Below are positions 1 to 9,836 of a DNA stretch of 64,000 nucleotides, one piece after another. The notes below the pieces were generated by a model. That model saw nothing but the letters and a program-made list of their open reading frames with translations, ran no database searches and was not told the origin of the DNA. Location of the stretch: NCBI RefSeq assembly GCF_003334355.1, contig NZ_QOWP01000017.1. One strand, 5' to 3'. The first letter of the stretch is position 1, and each line of letters begins with the position of its first letter. Made by a program: the position numbers and the translations under genes. This DNA comes from Escherichia coli (GTDB lineage: Bacteria; Pseudomonadota; Gammaproteobacteria; Enterobacterales; Enterobacteriaceae).

Positions 1-903
1 CCATCCCTGTGGTGGGTTCGGGAGAGGCCACGGAACCGGTACGCCCACCGGTAGCGCGGAGCCTTCTCCCAAACCAAGGTATGCGAGAAGACCGGCAACA
101 TCCTTTCCACTCAAATGAGTCAGCGTCTCATCCAGTGGCTGCTTACCTGACAGCGCATTGTTAATGGTGGTACTGAATTTCGGGTCATTGTTAATGGCTG
201 CGGCAATTTCTTTCAGTGTGTCCAGCGTGGCTGGCGCACCGTTAATCAGAGCGGTAATAGCGGCCTGAACAAACTCAGTGGTCGCAATCCGCGTGGTGTT
301 ATTTCCTGCGGCAGGCGTCGGCGCTTTTGGTTCTCCGGTAAATGTCGGATTATGTTTCTGTGCATACTGGGTATGAGGATCCTGTGCGGCAATGTGGTTT
401 CTCATCTGGTCATCCACATACAGCCTTAATTCCAGGACTTCATCATCCACGTATTTACGGGTCGCCAGTACCACCGACGGGTCGATTTTCAGCGTAATAG
501 CTTCGGTATTCGTGACAACCAGAATCATGCGGATAGTCTGGGTACGACCACTGCCTTCCTGCAACTGCGGTTTGTACGTTTCCGGGCAGTTCGCCACCGC
601 AATGAGTACGCCTTCATCATCATAAAGCCCAATCTCACGGATCCAGAATCCGCCCTCGTTCTCAGGGATGATTTGCTCCGCAATAATCTGGCTCTGGTTG
701 TTCGGGTCAACACTCAGAAGATTCAGCGGCGCGATGCGTTTCTGGTTAATCAGTTTTGTCTGTGCCGGGTCTGGTGTCGGCAAGACACCATTCGCATCAC
801 CAACGGCCATTTGCGTCAGATTCAGCTTACTGCCGAGCATCGTCGCGTTAGCCAGCCGTGCTGCGCCCTGATTAGTCAGAATGGCGTAGTATTTCACTGT
901 CAT
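1..903 (-). CDS. H: P2-like tail fibre protein gpH, N-terminal ~300 codons (gene runs past window start)
   Basis: Minus-strand reading from ATG at 903..901 (overlaps gpI stop) gives MTVKYYAILTNQGAARLANATMLGSKLNLTQMAVGDANGVLPTPDPAQTKLINQKRIAPLNLLSVDPNNQSQIIAEQIIPENEGGFWIREIGLYDDEGVLI, translated by hand for ~100 codons without a stop; resembles P2 H N-terminus and lies downstream of I as in P2 gene order. Not in ORF track because it has no stop inside the window. Confidence 0.8.
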   Translation of the reverse strand, partial: MTVKYYAILTNQGAARLANATMLGSKLNLTQMAVGDANGVLPTPDPAQTKLINQKRIAPLNLLSVDPNNQSQIIAEQIIPENEGGFWIREIGLYDDEGVLIAVANCPETYKPQLQEGSGRTQTIRMILVVTNTEAITLKIDPSVVLATRKYVDDEVLELRLYVDDQMRNHIAAQDPHTQYAQKHNPTFTGEPKAPTPAAGNNTTRIATTEFVQAAITALINGAPATLDTLKEIAAAINNDPKFSTTINNALSGKQPLDETLTHLSGKDVAGLLAYLGLGEGSALPVGVPVPWPLPNPPQGW

Positions 904-1511
904 GCGTTTACTCTCAGGTTATCAATTAAATGAATGGCCGAGGCCGGGAAATAATCCCCTCCGACAATAATGGCCTCCGGGGTGTAGGGATAAACCGTCA
1001 TGGCGTCGCCGTGATAGCATCCCGCACCGGCAAAAATGTTGCCGGTTGTACTTAAGCTGATAGCCAGTCCCGTCAGATGGCGGCTTGCCGGTTTTGCATC
1101 AGCAACGAGACGCTCCAGCTCCTGATACATTTCTTCGGTAATACCCTGCTCAAGCACGCCAACAACGATACGGAACGTCCCCGGCTCCTCGTTGAGCTGC
1201 CACCACTCCCTCACCTCAATCAGATAGCCGAGCGGCTCCACCACACGGCGAATCGCACCAATAGTGCCCTTATGGCAGTGAATGAAATACGCATCGCGGA
1301 TAACAGCGCGTTTTGTCGCTTCCGGCCATTTATCATCCCAGCGGTCAACCGAAAATGACCACGCCAGCCACGGCAGCAGATTTGCCGGACAGGTATCCGG
1401 GTTCCACAGCTCACGAATACTGACCGGTGTTTTTTCAATTTCCGCACAGGCTTTTGCGGCGGCAACTTCAAGCGGTGATGAGCCGGTCGGCAGCAGTCGC
1501 GAATCACTCAT
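900..1511 (-). CDS. I: P2-like baseplate assembly protein gpI
   Basis: ORF track 203 aa MSDSRLLPTGSSPLEVAAAKACAEIEKTPVSIRELWNPD...; recognised as P2 gpI family; position between J and H. Confidence 0.85.
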   Translation of the reverse strand: MSDSRLLPTGSSPLEVAAAKACAEIEKTPVSIRELWNPDTCPANLLPWLAWSFSVDRWDDKWPEATKRAVIRDAYFIHCHKGTIGAIRRVVEPLGYLIEVREWWQLNEEPGTFRIVVGVLEQGITEEMYQELERLVADAKPASRHLTGLAISLSTTGNIFAGAGCYHGDAMTVYPYTPEAIIVGGDYFPASAIHLIDNLRVNA

Positions 1512-2412
1512 CCGAGCCTCCGGTCACGACGCGGTATTCGGTACAGAAAGACGCCTGCGTACTGTTGAGCACGATGTCGGCCAGTGGTGCGGCCAGCTCG
1601 ACACGCTGCACGCCTTCCACATGCAAAGCGGCATAAATGGCAGACAGACGGATGTCGCGCCCAAGCCGGTGCTGTGCCGTGATGTACGCTTCCAGTTTTT
1701 TCACGGCGGCAGCGCGTATGGGTTCGCTTTCGGGACCAGGGTAAAGGTAAAGCGTGGCGTTTATCTGGTATTCAACGATGGCGGCAGACTGCACGGTCAC
1801 GCGGTCGGCCACCGGCCTGACGTCCTCGCCATTAAGGGCGTTACGCACCACGGCCAGCAGGTCTTCGGATGCGACGCCGTTATTTTCACGGGACAGCACA
1901 GAGATGGTGACGCAGGCAGGAGACGGACTGGTGACAGAGATATCCGCGACACGCCCGTCGGCACTGCGACCATGATACTGATAAGCACCCACCGACCCGG
2001 CAACGCTTAAACCTTCAAACGCCTGCTGAATACGCAGACGATAATCAGTATCAGATTCCATCACTGCCGGTGTCGGCGGGATGGTCGAATCATCTGCCGG
2101 GGTGATAGTCAGGCGCGTGGTGTTGTAATTGGCACCAATCACATCAAGGTCATTACCGGCGGCACAGGCCAGCATTACCGCCCGTGCGGCCTCATTCACA
2201 CGCTGACGCCAGATAAGCTCACGATAAGCATTTTCCTCCAGCAGTTTGACGAGAGGCTCGGATTCCAGCGTCAGGGTACGGGCAACCGCCTCCTGCTGGT
2301 CTTCCGGGTAAAGGGAAATCAGTGTCGCCTTGCGTTCAGCGAGAATGGTTTCAAAGTCCAGCTCCTCGACCACATCCGGTGCAGGTAGCTGGTTCAGGTC
2401 GATAATCGGCAT
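1504..2412 (-). CDS. J: P2-like baseplate assembly protein gpJ
   Basis: ORF track 302 aa; recognised as P2 gpJ family; synteny W-J-I. Confidence 0.9.
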   Translation of the reverse strand: MPIIDLNQLPAPDVVEELDFETILAERKATLISLYPEDQQEAVARTLTLESEPLVKLLEENAYRELIWRQRVNEAARAVMLACAAGNDLDVIGANYNTTRLTITPADDSTIPPTPAVMESDTDYRLRIQQAFEGLSVAGSVGAYQYHGRSADGRVADISVTSPSPACVTISVLSRENNGVASEDLLAVVRNALNGEDVRPVADRVTVQSAAIVEYQINATLYLYPGPESEPIRAAAVKKLEAYITAQHRLGRDIRLSAIYAALHVEGVQRVELAAPLADIVLNSTQASFCTEYRVVTGGSDE

Positions 2413-2416
2413 GGTT

Positions 2417-2764
2417 TCAACTCACAGGGATGGTTAACGAAAGTGGCTGGCCGGTGTCGTTGTGCTGACCGGTTAACGTGACCGTCATTCGCCCGTCAAA
2501 ACTGCGCTCAGTGGTGACGGATGACAGGGTGACGCGGGGTTCCCATTTCAGCACAGACATGTAACAGGCGACCTTAATCTGCAACTCAAGCGCCGGGGTC
2601 TGCGGCTGGTCAATCATTGACGCCAACAACGAGCCGTAATCACGACGCATCACCCGTGAGCCGACCGGTGTGCGCAGGATATCGCCGATACTCTGGCTGA
2701 TATGCTCAAGGTCAGTGACAGTCAGGCCATCACTGCAATTCATTCCGAGATAACGCGCTGTCAT
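2417..2764 (-). CDS. W: P2-like baseplate protein gpW
   Basis: ORF track 115 aa; size and position match P2 gpW. Confidence 0.85.
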   Translation of the reverse strand: MTARYLGMNCSDGLTVTDLEHISQSIGDILRTPVGSRVMRRDYGSLLASMIDQPQTPALELQIKVACYMSVLKWEPRVTLSSVTTERSFDGRMTVTLTGQHNDTGQPLSLTIPVS

Positions 2765-3396
2765 AAAGGACTCCCGGTTGTGCCGCCGCTGTCGCCGGGG
2801 TGTTTATGGGTATGCAGTACCTTACCGTTTGATGAGAGTTCACCGCCGGTGTGTTCAATGTTGCCGCGCATCGTCCCGCCCTTCTGCACTTCCAGCGTGC
2901 CGGTAGTCAGTTTGTTAGTGCAGACCACCTCCGGTGTGTCCAGTGTGATGCGGGTTGACGCTTTCACCATGACCACCGGCACCGTGGCAGTAACAGAATC
3001 AGAAGCCGTCACGCTGGCCGTTTTAATTCCGCTTGCCGTGAGTGCACTGGTTTCGGGTTCATACTCAATCACCGCCCCGTCAGGGAAACGGATATGCAGG
3101 GCATCCGCCGACGCAGACGGCGCGGGGTTATCGCCGGAATAAATCCCCGGCAGAACGAACGCCGTGTCGAGTTCGCCACCCACGGCCAGAATCAGCACCT
3201 GTTCCCCCACGGAAGGTGCCCACCATGTGCGCGAACGCCCGGCGCGATGGGTCAGCCACTGAAGCCAGTCGGTGCACATGCCGCCGGTCTGCACACGGCA
3301 GCGACCGGCATTAAGGTCGGTTTCGACGATAATGCCGGTGCGGATCATGTTGCGCAGTGCGCGCGCGAGTTCCTGAATATTTGCGAGAGTGTTCAT
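2761..3396 (-). CDS. V: P2-like baseplate spike protein gpV
   Basis: ORF track 211 aa; size and position match P2 gpV. Confidence 0.85.
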   Translation of the reverse strand: MNTLANIQELARALRNMIRTGIIVETDLNAGRCRVQTGGMCTDWLQWLTHRAGRSRTWWAPSVGEQVLILAVGGELDTAFVLPGIYSGDNPAPSASADALHIRFPDGAVIEYEPETSALTASGIKTASVTASDSVTATVPVVMVKASTRITLDTPEVVCTNKLTTGTLEVQKGGTMRGNIEHTGGELSSNGKVLHTHKHPGDSGGTTGSPL

Positions 3397-3462
3397 AACG
3401 GGAAGAATGCCGCCGGGTCATACCGGCGGCAATGTGACGATGAGGTGTCGGGAATGGCACAA

Positions 3463-3915
3463 CTAACGGTCGAGGTGCGCCAGAATAATCTCTTCAATCA
3501 TCTGCACATCCTCACCGGTAAAGCCGAGCAGGGGACGCGCCGGATAATCAATTTTCTTACCGTCTTTTCGGTTTTCTTCCGACAGACCGAACTGATGCAC
3601 GCTCGCAATTCTCGGTGACTTTCCGCCGTAAAATTCCATTGATGCCTGTTCCGGGCTGGCGCGGATATGCAAAAAACGACTGGTGATAAGTTTCGCAAAC
3701 ATTTTTCGCTTAACGCGACCGGTCTTTTTTCTGGCGCTCTGCTGCTGACGTGGCGCGTAGGGTGTGCCGTCCGGGGCTTTCTGTGCCATCACCCGACGCT
3801 GCTGACTCTGCCGCAGACGTTTCGCCAGTTCGGCACTCAGTCGCCGACGCCCTGACGGTGACAGCGATTCAATCAGTCCGGCCAGCCGGTCTTCAAAACG
3901 CTTAAACTCATTCAT
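3463..3915 (-). CDS. S: P2-like tail completion protein gpS
   Basis: ORF track 150 aa; position between R and V. Confidence 0.85.
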   Translation of the reverse strand: MNEFKRFEDRLAGLIESLSPSGRRRLSAELAKRLRQSQQRRVMAQKAPDGTPYAPRQQQSARKKTGRVKRKMFAKLITSRFLHIRASPEQASMEFYGGKSPRIASVHQFGLSEENRKDGKKIDYPARPLLGFTGEDVQMIEEIILAHLDR

Positions 3916-4375
3916 CCCACTTGCTCACCAGTTCGCCATTGATATAAAGCTCCATCGGGCGGGTGACCGGCTCTGGCGGCGGAGGTTCCGGGATATTCTT
4001 CACATGCAGCGAGCCGTCCACCTCACTGACCAGCGTGCGCTCGGTCAGCATCAGGCTGATGCTGATATCAAAGCTGCTGTCATTGTTGATGTCTGCATAA
4101 AACGTGAAGCCCTTTTTCTGGCCTGCGTCGGTGGTCATGATGTCGGGCTGATTTTCCCGCAGCCACGCCAGCACCGGCACGATGAGCAGGTCAAAATCAC
4201 CGGTAAAGTCGGTCACAATGACATTGAGCGTGTAACGCTTTTCGAATGACAACGACGCCGCCAGTGTGGAGGCAATACTCCCGTTATCCACGAATATCCG
4301 CAGCATATCGGGGTTAGTTTTCAGCACCGTGACGGCATCAGTCAGCGCCCTGCGCAGGCTGTCGGGTTTGAGCAT
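3908..4375 (-). CDS. R: P2-like tail completion protein gpR
   Basis: ORF track 155 aa; position after lysis cassette. Confidence 0.85.
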   Translation of the reverse strand: MLKPDSLRRALTDAVTVLKTNPDMLRIFVDNGSIASTLAASLSFEKRYTLNVIVTDFTGDFDLLIVPVLAWLRENQPDIMTTDAGQKKGFTFYADINNDSSFDISISLMLTERTLVSEVDGSLHVKNIPEPPPPEPVTRPMELYINGELVSKWDE

Positions 4376-4628
4376 CGTTTTCGTCCTGACAGTGTTTAAT
4401 CATTTTTACCTGGCTGGCACAGCGTGCCAGCGCGTTCTCAAGCTGCCGGATATCAGCACTTAAATCGCCGTTCGTCTGCGGGTCACTGCCCGGCATCGGG
4501 CAAAGGCTCACTTTCGGGCAGGCGTTGTGGACAATCACTGGCGTCGGCGCAGGCCGGGCGCTGGTGCAACCGGCGCACAGCATCAGGCAGGTCAGTGCCG
4601 TACCAGCGGCGAAAATCTTCGTTTTCAT
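4338..4628 (-). CDS. lysC: LysC, Rz1-like outer-membrane spanin lipoprotein, embedded in lysB in another frame
   Basis: Internal Met at codon 40 of the 135-aa track ORF gives MKTKIFAAGTALTCLMLCAGCTSARPAPTP... (signal peptide plus Cys lipobox); overlaps the 3-prime part of lysB. Confidence 0.75.
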   Translation of the reverse strand: MKTKIFAAGTALTCLMLCAGCTSARPAPTPVIVHNACPKVSLCPMPGSDPQTNGDLSADIRQLENALARCASQVKMIKHCQDENDAQTRQPAQGAD

Positions 4629-4908
4629 TGAGTAACCTCGTGATGGCTTTCTCGCGCTGTGCTTCACGCTTCGCGGCGTTCTCCAGTTCCTGACGCAGTG
4701 CCACCTGCGCCAGCTCGTTTTTGTCTGCCCTGGTGAGGGCAACATGAAGCTGATTTTTCAGCATGGTGATGGTCGTCTGCTGCCCGCTGGCGACGTTGTT
4801 CGCCCTGTCCAGCGAGGCGCGCAGGCTGGCGTTTTTGTGTTTCACCAGAAACAGCCCCGCCACCGCCAGCGATAACAACACGACCAGCACAATCATCAGC
4901 CTTGACAT
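4483..4908 (-). CDS. lysB: LysB, Rz-like inner-membrane spanin
   Basis: ORF track 141 aa with N-terminal TM helix MSRLMIVLVVLLSLAVAGLFLV and coiled-coil-like remainder; between lysA and R. Confidence 0.85.
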   Translation of the reverse strand: MSRLMIVLVVLLSLAVAGLFLVKHKNASLRASLDRANNVASGQQTTITMLKNQLHVALTRADKNELAQVALRQELENAAKREAQREKAITRLLNENEDFRRWYGTDLPDAVRRLHQRPACADASDCPQRLPESEPLPDAGQ

Positions 4909-5321
4909 GGTTCCCGCTCCTCAAGACGCTGACGACAGGCTTTACGTACCAGCCGGAAGAACACCGATACCACGAGATAAATCAGCGCGGTAAAAATCCA
5001 CCCGGCAGCGACCAGCGAGATAAACGTCGCCACCATCACTACCAGAGCCGCCGCCCGTCTGCGCCACGGCACCGGCTGCAAAAACAGCGACGTGACAATC
5101 TTCACGGCCAGCGATTCCGGTGGCAGCTCCCGCCCGTAGCGTTCCAGCACATACTCAGTGGCATACACGCCGACACCACCGGCAACCACACAGATAACCG
5201 TCGCCAGAATCGCCCAGGCGGCGACAAAATTGACGGCCACGCTCTGCGGGTAAATCAGGGACAGTGCCAGCATCAGCGCCAGCGACACATTCAGCATCAG
5301 TGAAAGGGATAATTTCTTCAT
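4896..5321 (-). CDS. lysA: LysA, P2-type lysis timing membrane protein
   Basis: ORF track 141 aa, multi-TM hydrophobic; immediately downstream of endolysin K. Confidence 0.8.
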   Translation of the reverse strand: MKKLSLSLMLNVSLALMLALSLIYPQSVAVNFVAAWAILATVICVVAGGVGVYATEYVLERYGRELPPESLAVKIVTSLFLQPVPWRRRAAALVVMVATFISLVAAGWIFTALIYLVVSVFFRLVRKACRQRLEEREPCQG

Positions 5322-5335
5322 GGTGTTTACTCCGT

Positions 5336-5833
5336 TTAAGCTGGTACACCGCCGGCGGTACGCCAGACGGTGACCAGTTTTTCCAGTGAATGCTCACGCT
5401 GACCGTAACCGGCACCCGGCAGGGACGCCCAGATATTGCGACAGCGTGAAATGGCGCGCTCAATGCTTCCCGCCCGGATGTCATCCAGTGCACCGCGTTC
5501 GCGGATCAACTGAATGGCAAGTCTGTCCTGTGACAACGGACTGAAATCCGGCAGGGCAAGCTGTTTGCGGTAGTGCGGCCAGAACAGGTAAAGCTGCTGA
5601 TAGCGACCGGAGGCCGTGGATTTTTCACCGCGACGGTTAAACACCTTCGCCGGTCGGCCATGCGCGAACGGGTGGTCACTGTAGTCAGTGAAAATTTCCG
5701 GCTTCCCGTCCAGTCCGGTGACTATCACGTCATAGCCCCGGTTTTTCGTCAGCGGATGATTCGCCGTCCCTTCGGACACGGCCAGCATGTCGAGAAAGGC
5801 GGCGATATTCTGATGCGTGTTAATTACCGGCAT
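5336..5833 (-). CDS. K: Endolysin gpK (phage lysozyme)
   Basis: ORF track 165 aa MPVINTHQNIAAFLDMLAVSEGT...; recognised as P2 K family; ATGA overlap with Y. Confidence 0.9.
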   Translation of the reverse strand: MPVINTHQNIAAFLDMLAVSEGTANHPLTKNRGYDVIVTGLDGKPEIFTDYSDHPFAHGRPAKVFNRRGEKSTASGRYQQLYLFWPHYRKQLALPDFSPLSQDRLAIQLIRERGALDDIRAGSIERAISRCRNIWASLPGAGYGQREHSLEKLVTVWRTAGGVPA

Positions 5834-6114
5834 TACGGTTTCCCCCTGCCCTTAAAGCGGCGCTGAATGGCAATCTCAATCACCTGATAACCGGCGATAC
5901 CCAGCATGGAGCCGATGCCGCACACCGCAGGCAGTGACAGGTCAGGAAACTGAACCAGAACAACACCGGCAACCATCGAGACAAAACCACCGAGCAACAT
6001 GCGCCCGATAAACAGACGCGGGGTGATGGGTTCACCACCGGCAAGCACCTTGCCGACAACAATCAGCACCCCAATCATGAAAAGCGACAGGACGCTTTTT
6101 TCTTCTGCTGTCAT
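5833..6114 (-). CDS. Y: Holin gpY
   Basis: ORF track 93 aa with TM segments; position X-Y-K. Confidence 0.85.
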   Translation of the reverse strand: MTAEEKSVLSLFMIGVLIVVGKVLAGGEPITPRLFIGRMLLGGFVSMVAGVVLVQFPDLSLPAVCGIGSMLGIAGYQVIEIAIQRRFKGRGKP

Positions 6115-6117
6115 GCG

Positions 6118-6321
6118 TTACTCCCACAGATTGACAGTTTCAGCCACGGGCGCGGTCTGAACGTCGGGCAGTTCGACGGCGGTGCCGTGTGGCAGCACCG
6201 CACCCAGTTCAGCCAGTCCCGGATTTGCGGCGAGCACGGTCTCAACCACGCCCTCAGTGCGCCCGTAATACCGGACACAAATGGCGTCGAGCGTGTCGCC
6301 CTGTAGCGCAAAGGTCTTCAT
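6118..6321 (-). CDS. X: Tail protein gpX (LysM-like)
   Basis: Internal Met of track ORF gives 67-aa MKTFALQGDTLDAICVRYYGRTEGVVETVLAANPGL..., the size of P2 gpX. Confidence 0.85.
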   Translation of the reverse strand: MKTFALQGDTLDAICVRYYGRTEGVVETVLAANPGLAELGAVLPHGTAVELPDVQTAPVAETVNLWE

Positions 6322-6830
6322 CAGATTTGACTCACGATGCAGCGCGGCTTGTCCTGGATACGCGCCACCGCCCAGCGCATATCCCGCCACAGTTCATCAA
6401 TGGTGCTGTCAATGCTGTCGGCCTTCTTGTCGCCTTTCGCACTGGCATCCACGCCGCGATAACGCTCATAAAGCGACGCGGTCGCCATCGCGCACACGGC
6501 GCGCTCGTAGTAAAAAACCTTGATGCTTTCACCGTCGATGTCGTCCGCCGGAACGTCCGCCAGACGCGTAAAACCGGCAGCAATTTTCTGTTCGCGGTAC
6601 TCGTACAGCTCCGCATTCGTCTCCGCCATGCCTGACTTGATGGCCTCACGCAGACGGGCGGGGGCGACGGTCTGCTCAAGGCGCATACGTTCCCGGACGC
6701 GCTTCGGGTCGATATCGGGAAAAAAGAACGTGTTTTTAATCACCGGCTCGTCGCCTGCCGGTTGCGGGATGACCACCGTACCCTCACCGGACACGGGAGC
6801 CTCCTTTCGCGGAATAATCAGCGTCATCAT
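6321..6830 (-). CDS. L: Head completion protein gpL
   Basis: Internal Met of track ORF gives 169-aa MMTLIIPRKEAPVSGEG..., the size of P2 gpL. Confidence 0.85.
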   Translation of the reverse strand: MMTLIIPRKEAPVSGEGTVVIPQPAGDEPVIKNTFFFPDIDPKRVRERMRLEQTVAPARLREAIKSGMAETNAELYEYREQKIAAGFTRLADVPADDIDGESIKVFYYERAVCAMATASLYERYRGVDASAKGDKKADSIDSTIDELWRDMRWAVARIQDKPRCIVSQI

Positions 6831-6929
6831 GACTACCTCTGAAAAGTCGGGCGGTGGACGCCGGTGCAGTGTCAGGTGATTCACCCTCACTGACCGGCGT
6901 GCCGCCCTGGCGCGGGGCGCATTCGGTTG

Positions 6930-7673
6930 TTAACTGGCTTTTTTTTTCGGGCGTCCACGTTTTGCCGGTGTCACGCTCCGGATCTTACGCGGGGCGCGGG
7001 TGGCCGCTTTGGGCTGCGGCTCCGGCTTCGGTTTCAGTTCCCGCTCCAGTCGTTCAATCTCTTTTTTGACGCCTGCCTGACAGTCGAGCTGTGTCGCACG
7101 TTGCAGGTGAGCCAGCGCACCGGCGGCATCACCACCGTCACGCAAAAACAGACCGGTGATTTTGTGCAGCTTTGCGCGCACTTCATCAGGCATGTCAGCC
7201 GTGGCGGTCAGTTCAAGGGTCTCCGTCAGCAGGCGGGTATCCACAGACTCACCGGCAGCGTGAGCGCGCATGGCCGCAAGCGCCACCTCCTCGGTGAACA
7301 TGTACGGCGGGGTACGGCGGTGTTTACCCGGCATGGTCAGACCGTACTTCAGGGCATAACGGGCAATCTCCAGCGCACCGGCAATATCGCCGGTATCCAG
7401 ACGCCACAGCATGACCGTCATCAGAATGTCATCCTGTGCACCTTTGCCCTGCTCCAGCACGCCGTTCACCCACGGCAACCAGAACGGCAGCAGTTCGCGT
7501 TTTTTCGCGGCCTTCAGCTCTTTTGAATAAATCGCTTTCAGTGTGCGCTGGTCTGCGGCGAGCTTAACCAGCATCTGCTCATAGACAGTTGCATGTCGCA
7601 GCGGGGCGGCTTCCCGCTGCGCGGTCATCGCTGCCGAGACCCGCATCATGTGGCGCTGTGCGGGACTCGTCAT
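6930..7673 (-). CDS. M: Terminase small (endonuclease) subunit gpM
   Basis: ORF track 247 aa; recognised as P2 gpM family; synteny. Confidence 0.9.
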   Translation of the reverse strand: MTSPAQRHMMRVSAAMTAQREAAPLRHATVYEQMLVKLAADQRTLKAIYSKELKAAKKRELLPFWLPWVNGVLEQGKGAQDDILMTVMLWRLDTGDIAGALEIARYALKYGLTMPGKHRRTPPYMFTEEVALAAMRAHAAGESVDTRLLTETLELTATADMPDEVRAKLHKITGLFLRDGGDAAGALAHLQRATQLDCQAGVKKEIERLERELKPKPEPQPKAATRAPRKIRSVTPAKRGRPKKKAS

Positions 7674-7676
7674 CGG

Positions 7677-8750
7677 TTACGCTCCCGGCTCTGCGGTCGC
7701 TTTAGCCAGTGTGGAGAAATCACCGACCTTAATTTTTTCCACCAGACAACCGGCGGCGTAGTCTTCCACCACGTAATCAATGTTCATTGACTCGTAGTTC
7801 TCCACGCGGTCGAGTTTCGGGTTTTCCTCAATCACGCGGCGATGGCTGTCATCCATGTAGTAGATGGACAGGTTTTCCAGCTTTGTGATGAGCATCGCAT
7901 CCGCCGGGAAGTACGGGACGCGTACCGCCGGCAGGTTACCGATGCGTTTCTGGCTGATGATGACGTCAGCGGCCAGCATTTCGCTGTTGTCCTGCTCCTT
8001 GTTGACGATGGGAAAATACTTGTCCGCCAGTAGCTGACGTCCCACAATCACCACAAGGTCAGGGTCTTCCTGATACCACGGCTCAATCAGGTTGTTGGTC
8101 GCATCCATCACCAGTGCGTCAAGGCTGGCATAATCACCGCCCTTACCCACGCGGATAACCTCAGAGGTGGTGTGCCCTTCCTCGTCAGTAACCTTGCTCA
8201 TCACGCGCGCCGGGGCTTCATTGCGGTATTTCTGCAGCCAGCCGACCGCCACATCCTGCAGCATCGGATTGCTGCTGCGGTCAGAGGTTTCGGCACGCCT
8301 CACGCCGTTAAAACCGGCCATGATTAAATCAAGGGACTGGCGTTTGATAATGGCGTTACGGACACGGAGCTGGAAATCCTGATAACGCGCCCACAGGTCC
8401 AGCGTTTTGTAGCGGATATAAAAATCGAAGTTAATCTGGTCGCATTCGTACTTGTTTGACGCCAGCTTCGAGAAGTCCTTCGGCTGACGCTCGGTGCCAC
8501 CGGCGGTGTCGGTGGTGCTGGCGATAGAGCCGGTGACACCGATGCCAATTTTTTCCCCTTTCATTTCGCTGACCGGCACAATGTTGATGCGGGTCAGAAA
8601 GTCAGAGGACTCCTGCATGGTGTTCATCAGGGTCTGGGTGACCGACGGTTCAACGGTGAATTTTTTCGACACATCACCGGCGTCGATGCCGTTCAGTTCG
8701 GCAACACGGGACAGGTAGGCATTAAATTTAAAGCGGGTTTCCTGGCGCAT
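7677..8750 (-). CDS. N: Major capsid protein gpN
   Basis: ORF track 357 aa; recognised as P2 gpN family. Confidence 0.9.
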   Translation of the reverse strand: MRQETRFKFNAYLSRVAELNGIDAGDVSKKFTVEPSVTQTLMNTMQESSDFLTRINIVPVSEMKGEKIGIGVTGSIASTTDTAGGTERQPKDFSKLASNKYECDQINFDFYIRYKTLDLWARYQDFQLRVRNAIIKRQSLDLIMAGFNGVRRAETSDRSSNPMLQDVAVGWLQKYRNEAPARVMSKVTDEEGHTTSEVIRVGKGGDYASLDALVMDATNNLIEPWYQEDPDLVVIVGRQLLADKYFPIVNKEQDNSEMLAADVIISQKRIGNLPAVRVPYFPADAMLITKLENLSIYYMDDSHRRVIEENPKLDRVENYESMNIDYVVEDYAAGCLVEKIKVGDFSTLAKATAEPGA

Positions 8751-8808
8751 AGTTTTTCCTGAAATTAAGGGTTAATCGTGAAGGTTTTCCCGGACTGACT
8801 GACGCCGG

Positions 8809-9663
8809 TCAGCAGTTCGTCATCAGGGCGTCACCGCCACCACCGGTGGCCTTGCTGCGGCGCTGCTGGGTCAGACTTTCGGTGTGGTCGAGACTGTTTT
8901 TCAGGCGGGTGAATGCCTGGCTGGTTTCATCCGCCCTGTCAGTCACATCCTGCTTAAGTGCGGAAAAAGCGGTTTCCATCTCAGCGAGGCGCTGCTCAGT
9001 GGCGCTCAGTTTTTCCTGCACATGTTCAGCAACAGCGGTCACCGCTTCATGCACGTCATTCAGACGGGCGTCATCGCTGGCCTGTTTGCGGCCAAAAATG
9101 GACTTCACCTTTTCGGTCAGGGCGGTGAACACGGTTTCAGGCAGGTCTTCAAATTCCAGCTCAACGGGCGTTGCCACTGAAATCAGGTTTTCAGGGCTTA
9201 ATTTGAAGCGGTTCAGGGGGTTGTGTTTTGCCGTGCGGCAGAATTCCAGGTATTCCGTGCCGAGGCTTGCCGGGTCATCGGTGACGGCCAGACCCACCAG
9301 ATAACATTTGCCGGTATTGGCAAAGTTCGGCTGAATTTCCATTGAGGTATAGACCTTCTGCGCGGCCTTGTTCATCGCGATAAGGTCATCGGTCGGGGTG
9401 ATTTTCGCAAACAGCGCCCATTTGCCTTTCAGCGCCGAATCATCGTCAATCTTTTCGGCCTTCAGTTCGGCCACATCGCCATAACGCTTAAAAATACCGT
9501 CAGGCAGGATGCCGCGCAGATGTTCCAGGTTAATGCGGCAACCATAGACTCGCGGGTCAAAGGTTTCGGCCATTTCCTGAATATCCTGCGCACTGATGAC
9601 ACGCCCGTCACAGGTGTCACCCTCAACGCCGATACGAAAGAATTTTGAGACTTTTTTTGCCAT
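8809..9663 (-). CDS. O: Capsid scaffolding protein gpO
   Basis: Internal Met gives 284-aa MAKKVSKFFRIGVEGDTCDGRVISAQ..., the size of P2 gpO. Confidence 0.9.
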   Translation of the reverse strand: MAKKVSKFFRIGVEGDTCDGRVISAQDIQEMAETFDPRVYGCRINLEHLRGILPDGIFKRYGDVAELKAEKIDDDSALKGKWALFAKITPTDDLIAMNKAAQKVYTSMEIQPNFANTGKCYLVGLAVTDDPASLGTEYLEFCRTAKHNPLNRFKLSPENLISVATPVELEFEDLPETVFTALTEKVKSIFGRKQASDDARLNDVHEAVTAVAEHVQEKLSATEQRLAEMETAFSALKQDVTDRADETSQAFTRLKNSLDHTESLTQQRRSKATGGGGDALMTNC

Positions 9664-9836
9664 TGTCAGGAGTCCTGAATAGTGATTAGAGGAGTCACAT
9701 GTCGGCATCAGTTTCCCGACGATGCGCATCCTCCGCCATCAGTCCCGGATGGCTTATCACTGACACAACAGCACCTTAGCGAATCGCGGGGCGCGACTCA
9801 GTAGCCTTGCCGTGTATTCATCACGGCGAGGTATTC
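9664..9836. promoter_or_regulatory. Divergent late promoter region between O and P (Ogr-dependent in P2)
   Basis: Position between divergently transcribed late operons; from P2 biology, motif not pinpointed. Confidence 0.45.

Noticed and set aside
1282-2010. 242-aa plus-strand ORF
   Set aside because: Antisense shadow ORF lying entirely within well-supported gpJ on the opposite strand.
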